A DNA stretch of 26,066 nucleotides from a virus. The notes below the pieces were generated by a model. It worked only from the letters and a program-made list of their open reading frames with translations, did not search any database and had not been told where the DNA came from. Of the stretch, positions 16,157 to 24,919 are shown one piece after another; the stretch's first letter is position 1, and every line of letters starts with the position of its first letter. The DNA lies in the IMG/VR virus record IMGVR_UViG_3300027751_001020, positions 1 through 26,066 of that record; one strand, written 5' to 3'. Both the position numbers and the translations under genes were made by a program.

Positions 16157-18049
16157 ATGGCGGATAAATCCTTATTTGGTAGACTTAAAACACTCTTTGC
16201 TTCTGACATTATTGTTAGAAACGTAGGAGGTGATGAGTTAAAAATTGCCGACGTTAATCAGATTCAATCCACGGGTAGATATCAGACTAACTCGTTAGTA
16301 GATAGATTTAGTAGACTCTACATCTATAATAATAAAAACGTATTTAATCCTAACCTGAACTATCAGACATTAAGGATTCAACTATACTCAGATTACGAGG
16401 CAATGGATACTGATCCAATTATTGCTTCTGCATTAGATATTGTAGCTGATGAAGCTACGGTTAAAAACGATAATAACGAAATATTATCGATTAAATCATC
16501 TGATGAAAATATACAAAAAGTCCTTTATAACTTATTTTACGATGTACTTAACATCGAATTTAATTTATGGTCATGGACTAGGAACATGTGTAAATACGGA
16601 GACTTTTTCTTAAAGCTTGAAATAGCAGAGAAGTTTGGAGTTTATAATGTTCTACCATACACAGTCTACCATATGGTTAGACGAGAGGGAGAAGATCCTA
16701 CCCAACCAGGAAAAGTTGTTTTCCAATTAGATCCAGACGGATTAGCTTCTTCACAGAATCCTAACTACCTTCCTAAAAGAGAACAATCTAAAATAGTTGA
16801 ATTTGACAACTACGAAGTAGCACACTTTAGATTGATATCAGATACACATTACTTACCTTATGGCCGTTCTTATTTAGAACCAGCTAGAAAGATCTTCAAA
16901 CAAGTTACTTTAATGGAGGATGCAATGTTGATTCATAGAATCATGAGAGCTCCAGAAAAGAGAACTTTCTTTGTTAACGTTGGATCTATTCCTCCTAACG
17001 AAGTAGAGCAGTTTATGCAAAAGACTGTTAATACAATGAAAAAGACTCCTTATGTAGGAGAAGATGGTCAGTATAACTTACGTTTTAATATGCAGAACAT
17101 GATGGAAGATTTCTATATCCCGGTAAGGGGTGGAGATACTTCTACTCGTATTGAAACTACTCCTGGTCTACAGTATGACGGAGTAACAGATGTACAGTAC
17201 CTTCAAGCTAAAATGTTTGCAGCATTAAAAATTCCAAAAGCATACTTCGGATTTGAAGGAGACTTATCTGGTAAAGCAACACTTGCTGCAGAAGATATTA
17301 GATTTGCACGTACAGTAGAAAGAATACAGAAGATATTAGAATCAGAGTTAACTAAAATAGCATTAGTTCACCTATACACTCAAGGATTTACAGGAGAAAG
17401 TTTAACTAACTTCGAAATCAAGTTATCTACTCCATCTATTATATTTGAACAAGAGAAGATTGCTCTATTAAAAGAGAAGATTGATCTTGCTAATCAAATG
17501 AAAGATACTAAATTATTCTCATCAGACTATATCTATGAGAACTTATTCGATATGTCTGAAGATACTTACATGGAGATGAGAGATTTAGTTAGAGAAGATT
17601 CTAAACGTTTATTTAGAATAGCTCAAATTGAAAATGAAGGTAATGATCCTGCTAAATCAGGAACAACTTACGGAACACCACACGATCTTGCTTCTATGTA
17701 CGGTAGACGTTCTACTGCTACACCAAAAGGAGGAGCACCTGGAGAAGTACCAACAGGATATTCAGAAATGGAACCTAAATGGGGAGAACCAGGAGAAGAA
17801 GGAGGTAGACCAAGAGAAAAAGCATCAGTTTACGGAACAACAGCTGCGATGGGCGGTAGAGATCCATTAGGGCAGCATGGTATGAAAGGCGGTTATCCAT
17901 CAGATAATGATAATGTAATGGAGAACCTAACCACCCAAGCAATATACCATAGAACAAAAGACTCATTAAAAAATATCGTTTTTACTAAAGAGAATGCTAA
18001 TGAACCTGATATGTTGAATGAAGGGAACATTAGAGATTTAGGTAATTAG
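16157..18049 (+). CDS. portal protein (T4 gp20-like)
   Basis: SYLEPARK, MEDAMLIHRIMRAPEKRTFFVNVG, MMEDFYIPVRGG..TRIETTPG and ALKIP motifs; position after terL. Confidence 0.95.
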   Translation: MADKSLFGRLKTLFASDIIVRNVGGDELKIADVNQIQSTGRYQTNSLVDRFSRLYIYNNKNVFNPNLNYQTLRIQLYSDYEAMDTDPIIASALDIVADEATVKNDNNEILSIKSSDENIQKVLYNLFYDVLNIEFNLWSWTRNMCKYGDFFLKLEIAEKFGVYNVLPYTVYHMVRREGEDPTQPGKVVFQLDPDGLASSQNPNYLPKREQSKIVEFDNYEVAHFRLISDTHYLPYGRSYLEPARKIFKQVTLMEDAMLIHRIMRAPEKRTFFVNVGSIPPNEVEQFMQKTVNTMKKTPYVGEDGQYNLRFNMQNMMEDFYIPVRGGDTSTRIETTPGLQYDGVTDVQYLQAKMFAALKIPKAYFGFEGDLSGKATLAAEDIRFARTVERIQKILESELTKIALVHLYTQGFTGESLTNFEIKLSTPSIIFEQEKIALLKEKIDLANQMKDTKLFSSDYIYENLFDMSEDTYMEMRDLVREDSKRLFRIAQIENEGNDPAKSGTTYGTPHDLASMYGRRSTATPKGGAPGEVPTGYSEMEPKWGEPGEEGGRPREKASVYGTTAAMGGRDPLGQHGMKGGYPSDNDNVMENLTTQAIYHRTKDSLKNIVFTKENANEPDMLNEGNIRDLGN

Positions 18050-18053
18050 TAGA

Positions 18054-18061
18054 TATTTATA
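18054..18061 (+). promoter_or_regulatory. TATTTATA putative late promoter
   Basis: Exact intergenic motif 16 nt before ATG 18078. Confidence 0.6.
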
Positions 18062-18077
18062 ATCGTAAACGTGTATA

Positions 18078-18932
18078 ATGAAAGTAAAACACTCAAAATT
18101 TAGAAACACAGGTCTTATTTTTGAGCTGCTTGTAAAACAAATAGCATCAGATACTTTAAACAATAGAGACTCTGCTGCTGTTAAGATACTTAAGAAGTAC
18201 TTTACAGGAAAAACAGCCTTAGCAAAAGAATTCAAACTATATGAATTTATAGCTAAGAATAAGAATATATCTCAGTCTAAAGCAGAAGCAATTGTTTCTA
18301 CTATTACTGAGATATCCCGTAGATTAGATCAAAAACAATTAAAAGAGTCTAAATATAACCTTATATCCGATATTAAAGAGAACTACAACGTAGAAGAGTT
18401 TTTTAGTATTCAGGTTAGAGATTATAAAGCTTTAGCTGCCTTATATTGCTTATTAGAAGCACAGAATAATGCAGATTTAGTTGATCCGACTGTATTAGTA
18501 GATAACAAAACTACTATTTTAGAACATTTAACCTCTTCTCCACAAAAAGAAGCAGACGTTAAAGATACTTTAATAGAAGACTACGCTAAATACGATAAAG
18601 ACTTACGTTTACTTACTTTCAAAATATTGTTAGAGAAATTTAACGATAAATACAAAGATTTACTTCCAGAACAAAAGAACATTCTTAAAGAATTTATTAC
18701 ATCAGTTAACTCAAATGCACGTTTACGTAATATAGTTAACGAGGAACTAAACAAAATATCTTCAGATGTAAGAGACTTAGTTAAGAAAGTTAAAGACGAA
18801 GTAGTTAAAATTAAATTAGAAGAGGTTGCTAAAGCTATTGTACCTATCTCTAAGACAGAGAAGATAACAGACAGTCATTTAGTAAACTTAATGCAATATT
18901 ACGATTTAGTTAACGAACTTAGATCTATCTAA
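18078..18932 (+). CDS. helical hypothetical protein of head module (possible prohead core component)
   Basis: 284-aa ORF starting KHSKFRNTGLIFELLV. It lies between portal and protease, where T4 has core genes 67/68; function is inferred from position only. Confidence 0.55.
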   Translation: MKVKHSKFRNTGLIFELLVKQIASDTLNNRDSAAVKILKKYFTGKTALAKEFKLYEFIAKNKNISQSKAEAIVSTITEISRRLDQKQLKESKYNLISDIKENYNVEEFFSIQVRDYKALAALYCLLEAQNNADLVDPTVLVDNKTTILEHLTSSPQKEADVKDTLIEDYAKYDKDLRLLTFKILLEKFNDKYKDLLPEQKNILKEFITSVNSNARLRNIVNEELNKISSDVRDLVKKVKDEVVKIKLEEVAKAIVPISKTEKITDSHLVNLMQYYDLVNELRSI

Positions 18933-19165
18933 TGAAAAGATCAGAGCTAGTAGGACTCGTAAAAGAGGTAATGCATGAGCTTCAAGAAGCAAACGTTACA
19001 AATGTAGGAGGAGCATCATTTACACCCGGTGACGGAGCACAGTATGCTACTCCTAAAGCTTTTGGAAAAGGCAATAGAGCAGTTAAAACATTAACTAAAT
19101 TAGGATTCAAAAAACAAAGTCGTCCAAAACGGCCATCACATACTAAAGGATTCGATTACTTATAA
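18932..19165 (+). CDS. small protein with leader motif and basic tail
   Basis: MKRSELVGLVKEVMHELQEA, then GGASFTPGDGAQYATPKAFG and a Lys/Arg-rich end; TAATG-coupled. Confidence 0.75.
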   Translation: MKRSELVGLVKEVMHELQEANVTNVGGASFTPGDGAQYATPKAFGKGNRAVKTLTKLGFKKQSRPKRPSHTKGFDYL

Positions 19166-19169
19166 AATT

Positions 19170-21239
19170 ATGAGAGTAAAATCAGTAACAGAGAGATATA
19201 GAGCCGTAAATGAAGGCACTATGAGCAAAAAAGAGTTTGTTCGTCAAATGAGACAGCAATACCCTATGCACGTAACCCAATTCAACGGATTTGACGATTC
19301 AGTTCAAATCTTAAAGAATAGAGGTCTTTTATTCGAAACAAAAAAAGAAGTAGTTGAAGCACACGTATATGACGAAAGACCTGCTTTAAACTATTCTTTA
19401 GATGCTTTAGATAGAGCTATCAGAATAGAGATTCAAACACTTGGATTAGAACCAGGAGAGAATATCTCTTCAGCTGACTTTAAAAAAGCTGAAAAGAAAG
19501 CTAAGAAAAACTTAGAAAAGAATCCAACACATTACTTAGACTTAATGTCAGGTGAATCTAAAAAAGTAGATAAACACGACAAAATGAAAGAAACAAAGAG
19601 AGGCGCTAAAGATGCCGATACTTTTAATGCTATGAAGAAAGCTACATTAAAAGAAGGGTATACAGAAGAACAAATCGAAGCTGCTATTCAAAGAATTAAA
19701 GAGAGAAAAGGAGCTACATCTATGGATGAAGCAGGTGAACCTGTTTATGTAGATGGAGAAGAACTTTCTTTTGAAGATGCAGTATATGATTTTATTGAAC
19801 TTACTGGTGATATGATTTCCCGTGAATGGAAACATAAAAAATGGTTAGGGTATATTGAAGATAATGATCCGCACTTACTACGTAAAGATATAATAGATGC
19901 TGCAGCTAAGCAATGGCCTGATGATATCAATCCATTTATAGAATATATGGACGGAATTGGCTATGAACTTGACATCTACGAAAAAGTAAAAGAAGAAAAG
20001 AAAGACATAGTTAAAGAAGCAGGTAAAACCGCTCTTATTCAAACTATGAATAATGCAATAGCAGCTATTAAAGGTAAATACGGAGAGATGCCCGGTATTA
20101 CAGGTATCATCAGAGACTTCTTAAAAACACATATAGACGATTTAGCTGATGGAGCAGATCCATTAGATGAATTTGAAAACTATGTTGATGCAAACTACGA
20201 TTCTTTATCAGAAACAGAGGAAACAATTTCTGAATTAGACGGTACCGGAACAGTAGATGCTTTAACAGCAATAATTGGAGCTGGAGGATTAGTAGGAGGA
20301 GCAGTAGCTTTAAGTAAGTTAATGGATTCTTTAGAAGATGGTAAATTTGGAGACAAAGGAAAAGCAGTAGCTAAGTTCTTAAGAGATGCTGGAAAAACTT
20401 TTTCTGGTCAAGGAGCTCCAATGAAAGAAGGAGAGGTAGATGAATTTTCAATTGAGGATTTCAAAGAGATGTTACTTGATCCTGAAATGGGATATGAAGA
20501 GGATTTTCCGTCTATTGTTAAATACAGTATTGACTCTCTTTATACAGCTTTTAATTTAGCTCATAATACAAAAGGATATGATGTAGAAGAGTTTTTAGAA
20601 GCACTTTCTGATGATACATTACCTATGAAAGTTTTTAGACTTTTGAAACCGAAAGGAAGTTCAGTAGAAGAAAAGAAAGGAAAAGATCACGACGGAGATG
20701 GAGACATTGATAGTGATGATTATATGGCAGCAAAAGACAAAGCTATTAAGAATGCAATGTCCGAAGAAGCTCAAATAAAAGAAGCAGTTAAGACTTTAAT
20801 CAGAAAGGCTTTAACAGAAGAATCTATCAATGAAGCAGCTACCGGAAACTTATCTAAATTCTCAGATGATTATGCAGACTTCGAAGGAATGACTCAAATC
20901 ATCAACCAGCTTGAAAATTTAGTTACCGATGTAGAAGGGTACTATGCTAAGACATCAGAAAAATTACAAAAGATATTTGATGCAGTTGGAAATGTAACTA
21001 ATGAAGAAGGATTAAAAGTTGGAGGATTTATCGCACCATCTATTGAAACAGCTTTCAGAAAAGATATTCAGCCAGTAGTCAAAAAAGGATTTATGAACTC
21101 AGTTCAAATCCCAACCATAAAGGCAATCTCTCAAGCAGATATAGATGCACATAACTCAGGAGAAAGACCTCTAGGAGAAGAAGAAATGGAAGAGAAACAA
21201 ACGATGTTTACTCCGGTAATGGAAACCAAAAAGAAGTAA
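19170..21239 (+). CDS. 689-aa modular acidic protein (putative prohead core or internal polyprotein)
   Basis: Directly upstream of the protease gene. Segments are bounded by VNE, LFE, LKE, MDE, VKE, LSE, ISE, MKE, VEE, MSE and INE, and it contains a DHDGDGDIDSDD loop. Confidence 0.65.
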   Translation: MRVKSVTERYRAVNEGTMSKKEFVRQMRQQYPMHVTQFNGFDDSVQILKNRGLLFETKKEVVEAHVYDERPALNYSLDALDRAIRIEIQTLGLEPGENISSADFKKAEKKAKKNLEKNPTHYLDLMSGESKKVDKHDKMKETKRGAKDADTFNAMKKATLKEGYTEEQIEAAIQRIKERKGATSMDEAGEPVYVDGEELSFEDAVYDFIELTGDMISREWKHKKWLGYIEDNDPHLLRKDIIDAAAKQWPDDINPFIEYMDGIGYELDIYEKVKEEKKDIVKEAGKTALIQTMNNAIAAIKGKYGEMPGITGIIRDFLKTHIDDLADGADPLDEFENYVDANYDSLSETEETISELDGTGTVDALTAIIGAGGLVGGAVALSKLMDSLEDGKFGDKGKAVAKFLRDAGKTFSGQGAPMKEGEVDEFSIEDFKEMLLDPEMGYEEDFPSIVKYSIDSLYTAFNLAHNTKGYDVEEFLEALSDDTLPMKVFRLLKPKGSSVEEKKGKDHDGDGDIDSDDYMAAKDKAIKNAMSEEAQIKEAVKTLIRKALTEESINEAATGNLSKFSDDYADFEGMTQIINQLENLVTDVEGYYAKTSEKLQKIFDAVGNVTNEEGLKVGGFIAPSIETAFRKDIQPVVKKGFMNSVQIPTIKAISQADIDAHNSGERPLGEEEMEEKQTMFTPVMETKKK

Positions 21240-21240
21240 T

Positions 21241-21822
21241 ATGTCACAATCATTATTAGTAGACGTAACACCATTTAGACCTCTATTAAGAGAATCCAAA
21301 ACAAAACCTGGAGTCTTTGAAGTAGAAGGTGTTTTACAGCGTGCAGTTGCTAAAAACCAAAATGGCAGAACATATAGTAAAGAGATTCTAATGAGAGAAT
21401 CTAAGAGATATACAGATGAGTTTGTTAAAGTCGGAAACGCCTTTGGAGAACTTGATCACCCTGAATCTCCTGTTGTCTCTCTAAAGAACGCATCCCATGT
21501 AGTAAAAGAGTTATGGTGGGATGGAGACGACCTTATGGGACGTATAGAATTATTAAATACCCCGGCCGGTAATATCGTAAAAGAGATATGTAAGGCAGGA
21601 CATACAATCGGAATCTCATCTAGAGGTACCGGTTCAGTACAACAAACAAACGAAGGAACTTTAGAAGTACAAGATGACTTTGAATTAGTATGTTGGGATT
21701 TTGTATCTAATCCATCCACACATGGAGCATTTATGAACCCAGTATCATTAAATGAAGGTAAAGTTAAAGCCTCTAAATATTCTAATTTAGATTCAATCAT
21801 AAACGATATATTAAGAGCGTAA
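21241..21822 (+). CDS. prohead protease (T4 gp21-like)
   Basis: NQNGRTY, GELDHP (His), GISSRGTGS (Ser) and DFVSNPST motifs. Confidence 0.96.
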   Translation: MSQSLLVDVTPFRPLLRESKTKPGVFEVEGVLQRAVAKNQNGRTYSKEILMRESKRYTDEFVKVGNAFGELDHPESPVVSLKNASHVVKELWWDGDDLMGRIELLNTPAGNIVKEICKAGHTIGISSRGTGSVQQTNEGTLEVQDDFELVCWDFVSNPSTHGAFMNPVSLNEGKVKASKYSNLDSIINDILRA

Positions 21823-21862
21823 CAATAATTCCCTCGGACGCTACCGAAGGCAGGTGTCGATT

Positions 21863-21892
21863 CCTCCATAGAAATATGGGGGTTTCTTTTTT
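21863..21892 (+). terminator. intrinsic terminator after protease gene
   Basis: Stem CCTCCATA/TATGGGGG with GAAA tetraloop, followed by TTTCTTTTTT. Confidence 0.8.
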
Positions 21893-21895
21893 ATA

Positions 21896-21903
21896 TATTT
21901 ATA
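21896..21903 (+). promoter_or_regulatory. TATTTATA putative late promoter for scaffold-capsid operon
   Basis: Exact motif just after the terminator, a near copy CTATTTATT at 21906-21914, and 108 nt to ATG 22012. Confidence 0.55.
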
Positions 21904-22011
21904 TACTATTTATTGTATATAATGTACTATCCTATATAGTATTTAAAACTCTTTCCACATTTACAACTTAACCATAGTTGTAGGAAAATCACACAACAAT
22001 TTATTTTTAAA

Positions 22012-23073
22012 ATGGCAAACAAAGATTTATTCAAGCAAGCTATTGCTGAAGCAAAGTCTGTACGTGAAGCCGCTATTGCTAACGCTAAAGAGGCATTAGA
22101 GGAAACTCTAACACCACACCTTAAAGACATGTTAGCTGCTAAACTTCAAGAGATGGAAGATTCTCAAAACGAAGAAGAAGTAGTAAACGAAGTTGAAGAG
22201 GAAGTAGAAGAAGCTGTAGAGGAAAACGCATCAGGATTTATTGCAGTAAAAGAAGCTGAAGAAGAAGAGGCAGAGGATGATTCAGAAGAATCTGAAGACG
22301 AAGCCGGAGAAGAAGGCGAAGAGGAAGCTGGCGAAGAAGCCGGTGAAGACGAAGCTGGAGAAATGGAAGGTGAAGAAGAAATTGACGGAGACGAAGATTT
22401 ATCTAAACTTTCAGTTGACCAATTCAAAGACATGATTAGAGACATTATTGCTCAAGAAGTAGGCGGAGGCGCTGAAATGGGAGCTGATATGGATGCTGGT
22501 GATATCGAAGGAATGGGAGACGAAGCACCAATCGAAGAACCTGGAATGGAAGCTGAACCAGAAATGGGAGCTGAAGACGAAGAAGAAATCGACTTGGATG
22601 AGTTACTTAGAGAACTAGAAGCTACTACAGAAGAAACAGTAGAAGAAGGTGAAGATAAGGAAGAAGAAGAACCAATGGAAGAAGCAGTTGAAGAAGAGAT
22701 AGAAGAATCTACAGAATTAGCTGAAGCTTTAGAAACTATTGAATCTTTAAGAAAAGATCTTCAAGAAGTTAATCTTCTAAATTCTAAATTACTTTATGTA
22801 AATAAAATCTTTAAGGCTAATAACCTTACAGAGTCACAAAAAGTTAACGTAATTGCTGCTTTCGACAAAGCTGAAACAGTAAAAGAAGTTAAGTTAGTAT
22901 TCGAAACAGTTTCTGAAAATGTAGTTACTACTAAAAAAGAAACAGTTACGGAATCAAAAATGAGAGGAATGGCATCTAAAGCTACTGGAGTTACTGCTTC
23001 TAAACCAGAAGTAATCGCAGAAGTATCTGATGCTGTTAAAAGAATGCAAAAACTTGCAGGAATTATTAAATAA
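22012..23073 (+). CDS. prohead scaffolding protein (gp22-like)
   Basis: Very Glu-rich coiled-coil protein between protease and major capsid genes; C-terminal RMQKLAGI. Confidence 0.85.
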   Translation: MANKDLFKQAIAEAKSVREAAIANAKEALEETLTPHLKDMLAAKLQEMEDSQNEEEVVNEVEEEVEEAVEENASGFIAVKEAEEEEAEDDSEESEDEAGEEGEEEAGEEAGEDEAGEMEGEEEIDGDEDLSKLSVDQFKDMIRDIIAQEVGGGAEMGADMDAGDIEGMGDEAPIEEPGMEAEPEMGAEDEEEIDLDELLRELEATTEETVEEGEDKEEEEPMEEAVEEEIEESTELAEALETIESLRKDLQEVNLLNSKLLYVNKIFKANNLTESQKVNVIAAFDKAETVKEVKLVFETVSENVVTTKKETVTESKMRGMASKATGVTASKPEVIAEVSDAVKRMQKLAGIIK

Positions 23074-23092
23074 TTAAATTAAATTAAATAAA

Positions 23093-24664
23093 ATGGAATT
23101 AAATACCCTATTAGAAAGCTCGAACCAATATAAAAGTGTTCAAGCTGACGCAGCTAAATTGTCTCAGAAATGGGCTCAGTCTGGCTTATTAGAAGGTATC
23201 AAGGATGAGAGAGTTGCTGGAAACATGGCAATGATCCTTGAGAACCAAGCAAAACAAATCGTAGCTGAGGCTAACTCAACTAACATTGGTGGAGGATCTT
23301 TCTCTGCTGGTGCTGGTGAGCAATGGGCTGGAGTAGCTTTACCTTTAGTACGTAAAGTATTCGCTCAAATCGTAGCTCAAGACTTCGTATCTGTACAACC
23401 AATGAACTTGCCTTCTGGCCTTGTTTTCTATCTAGATTTCAAATACGGAACAGCAACTAACGGTAGAGGTGACGGAGATAATATGTACGGTAACGTATCT
23501 ACAGCTAACTCTAAAATGGGAGTTGACGTAGAAGTAGCTGGTGGTCTTTACGGCGCTGGTCAATTCGGTTACTCAATCAACCAAAACACTGCTAACGCTG
23601 CAGTAACAGTTTCTGCTGCTACTTCTGCTTCAGTAAACCACGAAGTTGGTGTAAACTTAGCTGCTTTAGAATTAGTTTCTGTAGCAACAGCATCTTTATC
23701 TAGCCCAGACCTAACAGGAGTTAGAGCATTTAGATTATCTTCAGGTTCAGTATTAGCTCAGTACACTCAAGTAGTTGGAGGAAACATCCAATTCGTATTG
23801 GCTTCAGGATCTGTAGGAACAGGTGTTGCTGATGATGTTAAATACCACGTAGCTCCAGCTGATAACGATAGAGGTGACTTCGAAGCTGCATCAGGTGCTG
23901 CTGTTGATACTTCAATCACTATCCCAGAAATCGACGTTAAACTTGCTTCTGAGGCGATTGTTGCTAAGACTAGAAAGTTAAAAGCACAATGGACTCCAGA
24001 GTTCGCACAAGATCTTAACGCTTACCATTCAATTGATGCAGAAGCTGAATTAACTTCTTTATTATCTGAGTACATCTCTATGGAGATTGACATGGAAATT
24101 TTAGATATGTTGATCGCAGGAGCTGTTACAACTGAGCACTGGTCAGCTGAGAACAACAAAGTATGGGACGGATCTAACTGGTCAGTATCTACTTCAGATT
24201 TCTACAACACACAAGGACAATGGTTCCAGACTTTAGGAACTAAAATCCAAAAAGTATCTAACAAAATTCACCAGAAAACTTTAAGAGGTGGTGCTAACTT
24301 CGTAGTAGTATCTCCAACAGTTGCAACTGTATTAGAAAGTATCCCAGGATATGCAGCTAACACAGATGGTGATTCTATGGAATTCAACATGGGAGTATCT
24401 AAAGTAGGTAGCTTGGCTAACCGCTTCAAAGTATACAAAAACCCATACATGACTGAAAACACAATCCTTATGGGTTACAGAGGTTCTCAGTTCTTGGAAA
24501 CTGGTGCAGTTTATGCTCCTTATGTTCCATTAATGATGACTCCATTAGTATACGATCCAGAAACCTTCACTCCAAGAAAAGGTTTGATGACTCGTTATGC
24601 TAAGAAAATGATTCGTCCAGAATTCTACGGAAAGATTTATGTAAGCGACATCGCTACTATCTAA
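23093..24664 (+). CDS. major capsid protein (T4 gp23-like)
   Basis: ILENQ, SVQPMNLPSGLVF, AKTRKLKAQWTPEFAQDLNAYH..DAEAEL, YAPYVPL and DPETFTPRKGLMTRY motifs. Confidence 0.97.
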   Translation: MELNTLLESSNQYKSVQADAAKLSQKWAQSGLLEGIKDERVAGNMAMILENQAKQIVAEANSTNIGGGSFSAGAGEQWAGVALPLVRKVFAQIVAQDFVSVQPMNLPSGLVFYLDFKYGTATNGRGDGDNMYGNVSTANSKMGVDVEVAGGLYGAGQFGYSINQNTANAAVTVSAATSASVNHEVGVNLAALELVSVATASLSSPDLTGVRAFRLSSGSVLAQYTQVVGGNIQFVLASGSVGTGVADDVKYHVAPADNDRGDFEAASGAAVDTSITIPEIDVKLASEAIVAKTRKLKAQWTPEFAQDLNAYHSIDAEAELTSLLSEYISMEIDMEILDMLIAGAVTTEHWSAENNKVWDGSNWSVSTSDFYNTQGQWFQTLGTKIQKVSNKIHQKTLRGGANFVVVSPTVATVLESIPGYAANTDGDSMEFNMGVSKVGSLANRFKVYKNPYMTENTILMGYRGSQFLETGAVYAPYVPLMMTPLVYDPETFTPRKGLMTRYAKKMIRPEFYGKIYVSDIATI

Positions 24665-24686
24665 TCTTAGAAATAGATTCAATATT

Positions 24687-24713
24687 AAGAGAGGCCTTCG
24701 GGCCTCTTTTTTT
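24687..24713 (+). terminator. intrinsic terminator after major capsid gene
   Basis: AGAGGCC-TTCG-GGCCTCT stem with C(UUCG)G tetraloop and a T tract. Confidence 0.95.
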
Positions 24714-24788
24714 ATGTTCGAAAAGTACTATTAATATAATAATAGAATTATTTTAGTAGTATTTTACAATAACCTGTTTTATAAAAGC

Positions 24789-24796
24789 TATTTATA
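24789..24796 (+). promoter_or_regulatory. TATTTATA putative late promoter with no sizeable ORF downstream
   Basis: Exact motif followed by about 85 nt ending in a hairpin. Confidence 0.5.
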
Positions 24797-24797
24797 T

Positions 24798-24883
24798 ATG
24801 TGGACATGTGTCATGTTAACGGCACCTTAAGTTGGTTTTTTACTTAGAAGAGTAGGTTGTAAGTAGCCTGCTCTTTCTATTTT
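24798..24883 (+). ncRNA. candidate small RNA (or 10-aa micropeptide transcript)
   Basis: Bounded by the promoter motif and a terminator-like hairpin, with internal hairpins GACATG/CATGTT and TAAGT/ACTTA. Confidence 0.35.
24847..24883 (+). terminator. terminator-like hairpin
   Basis: GAAGAGTAGGTTG-TAAG-TAGCCTGCTCTTT forms a 13-bp stem with several G-U pairs that only work on the + strand; T-rich tail. Confidence 0.6.
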
Positions 24884-24896
24884 AATATAAAATTAC

Positions 24897-24904
24897 TATT
24901 TATA
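24897..24904 (+). promoter_or_regulatory. TATTTATA putative late promoter
   Basis: Exact motif 15 nt before ATG 24920. Confidence 0.6.
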
Positions 24905-24919
24905 ATAAAGATTTTTTGA

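Noticed and set aside
21823-22011. tRNA gene in the larger intergenic regions
   Set aside because: No cloverleaf with TTCRA T-loop and acceptor stem could be built here or at 24714-24900.
22164-22445. Minus-strand Ser-rich ORF and other antisense or alternate-frame ORFs (e.g. 5751, 9375, 11608-12446, 13173, 14802, 21456, 24268, 25445)
   Set aside because: They are shadows of biased plus-strand codons (GAA reads TTC/TCT) lying over well-supported genes, with no recognisable motifs.
14554-24664. Inteins or introns in terminase, portal or capsid genes
   Set aside because: The ORFs are continuous, motifs are normally spaced, and no intein splice or homing endonuclease motifs were seen.
24721-24765. 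Imperfect AT-rich inverted repeat after the capsid terminator
   Set aside because: It is almost entirely A/T with mismatches, as expected by chance at this composition.
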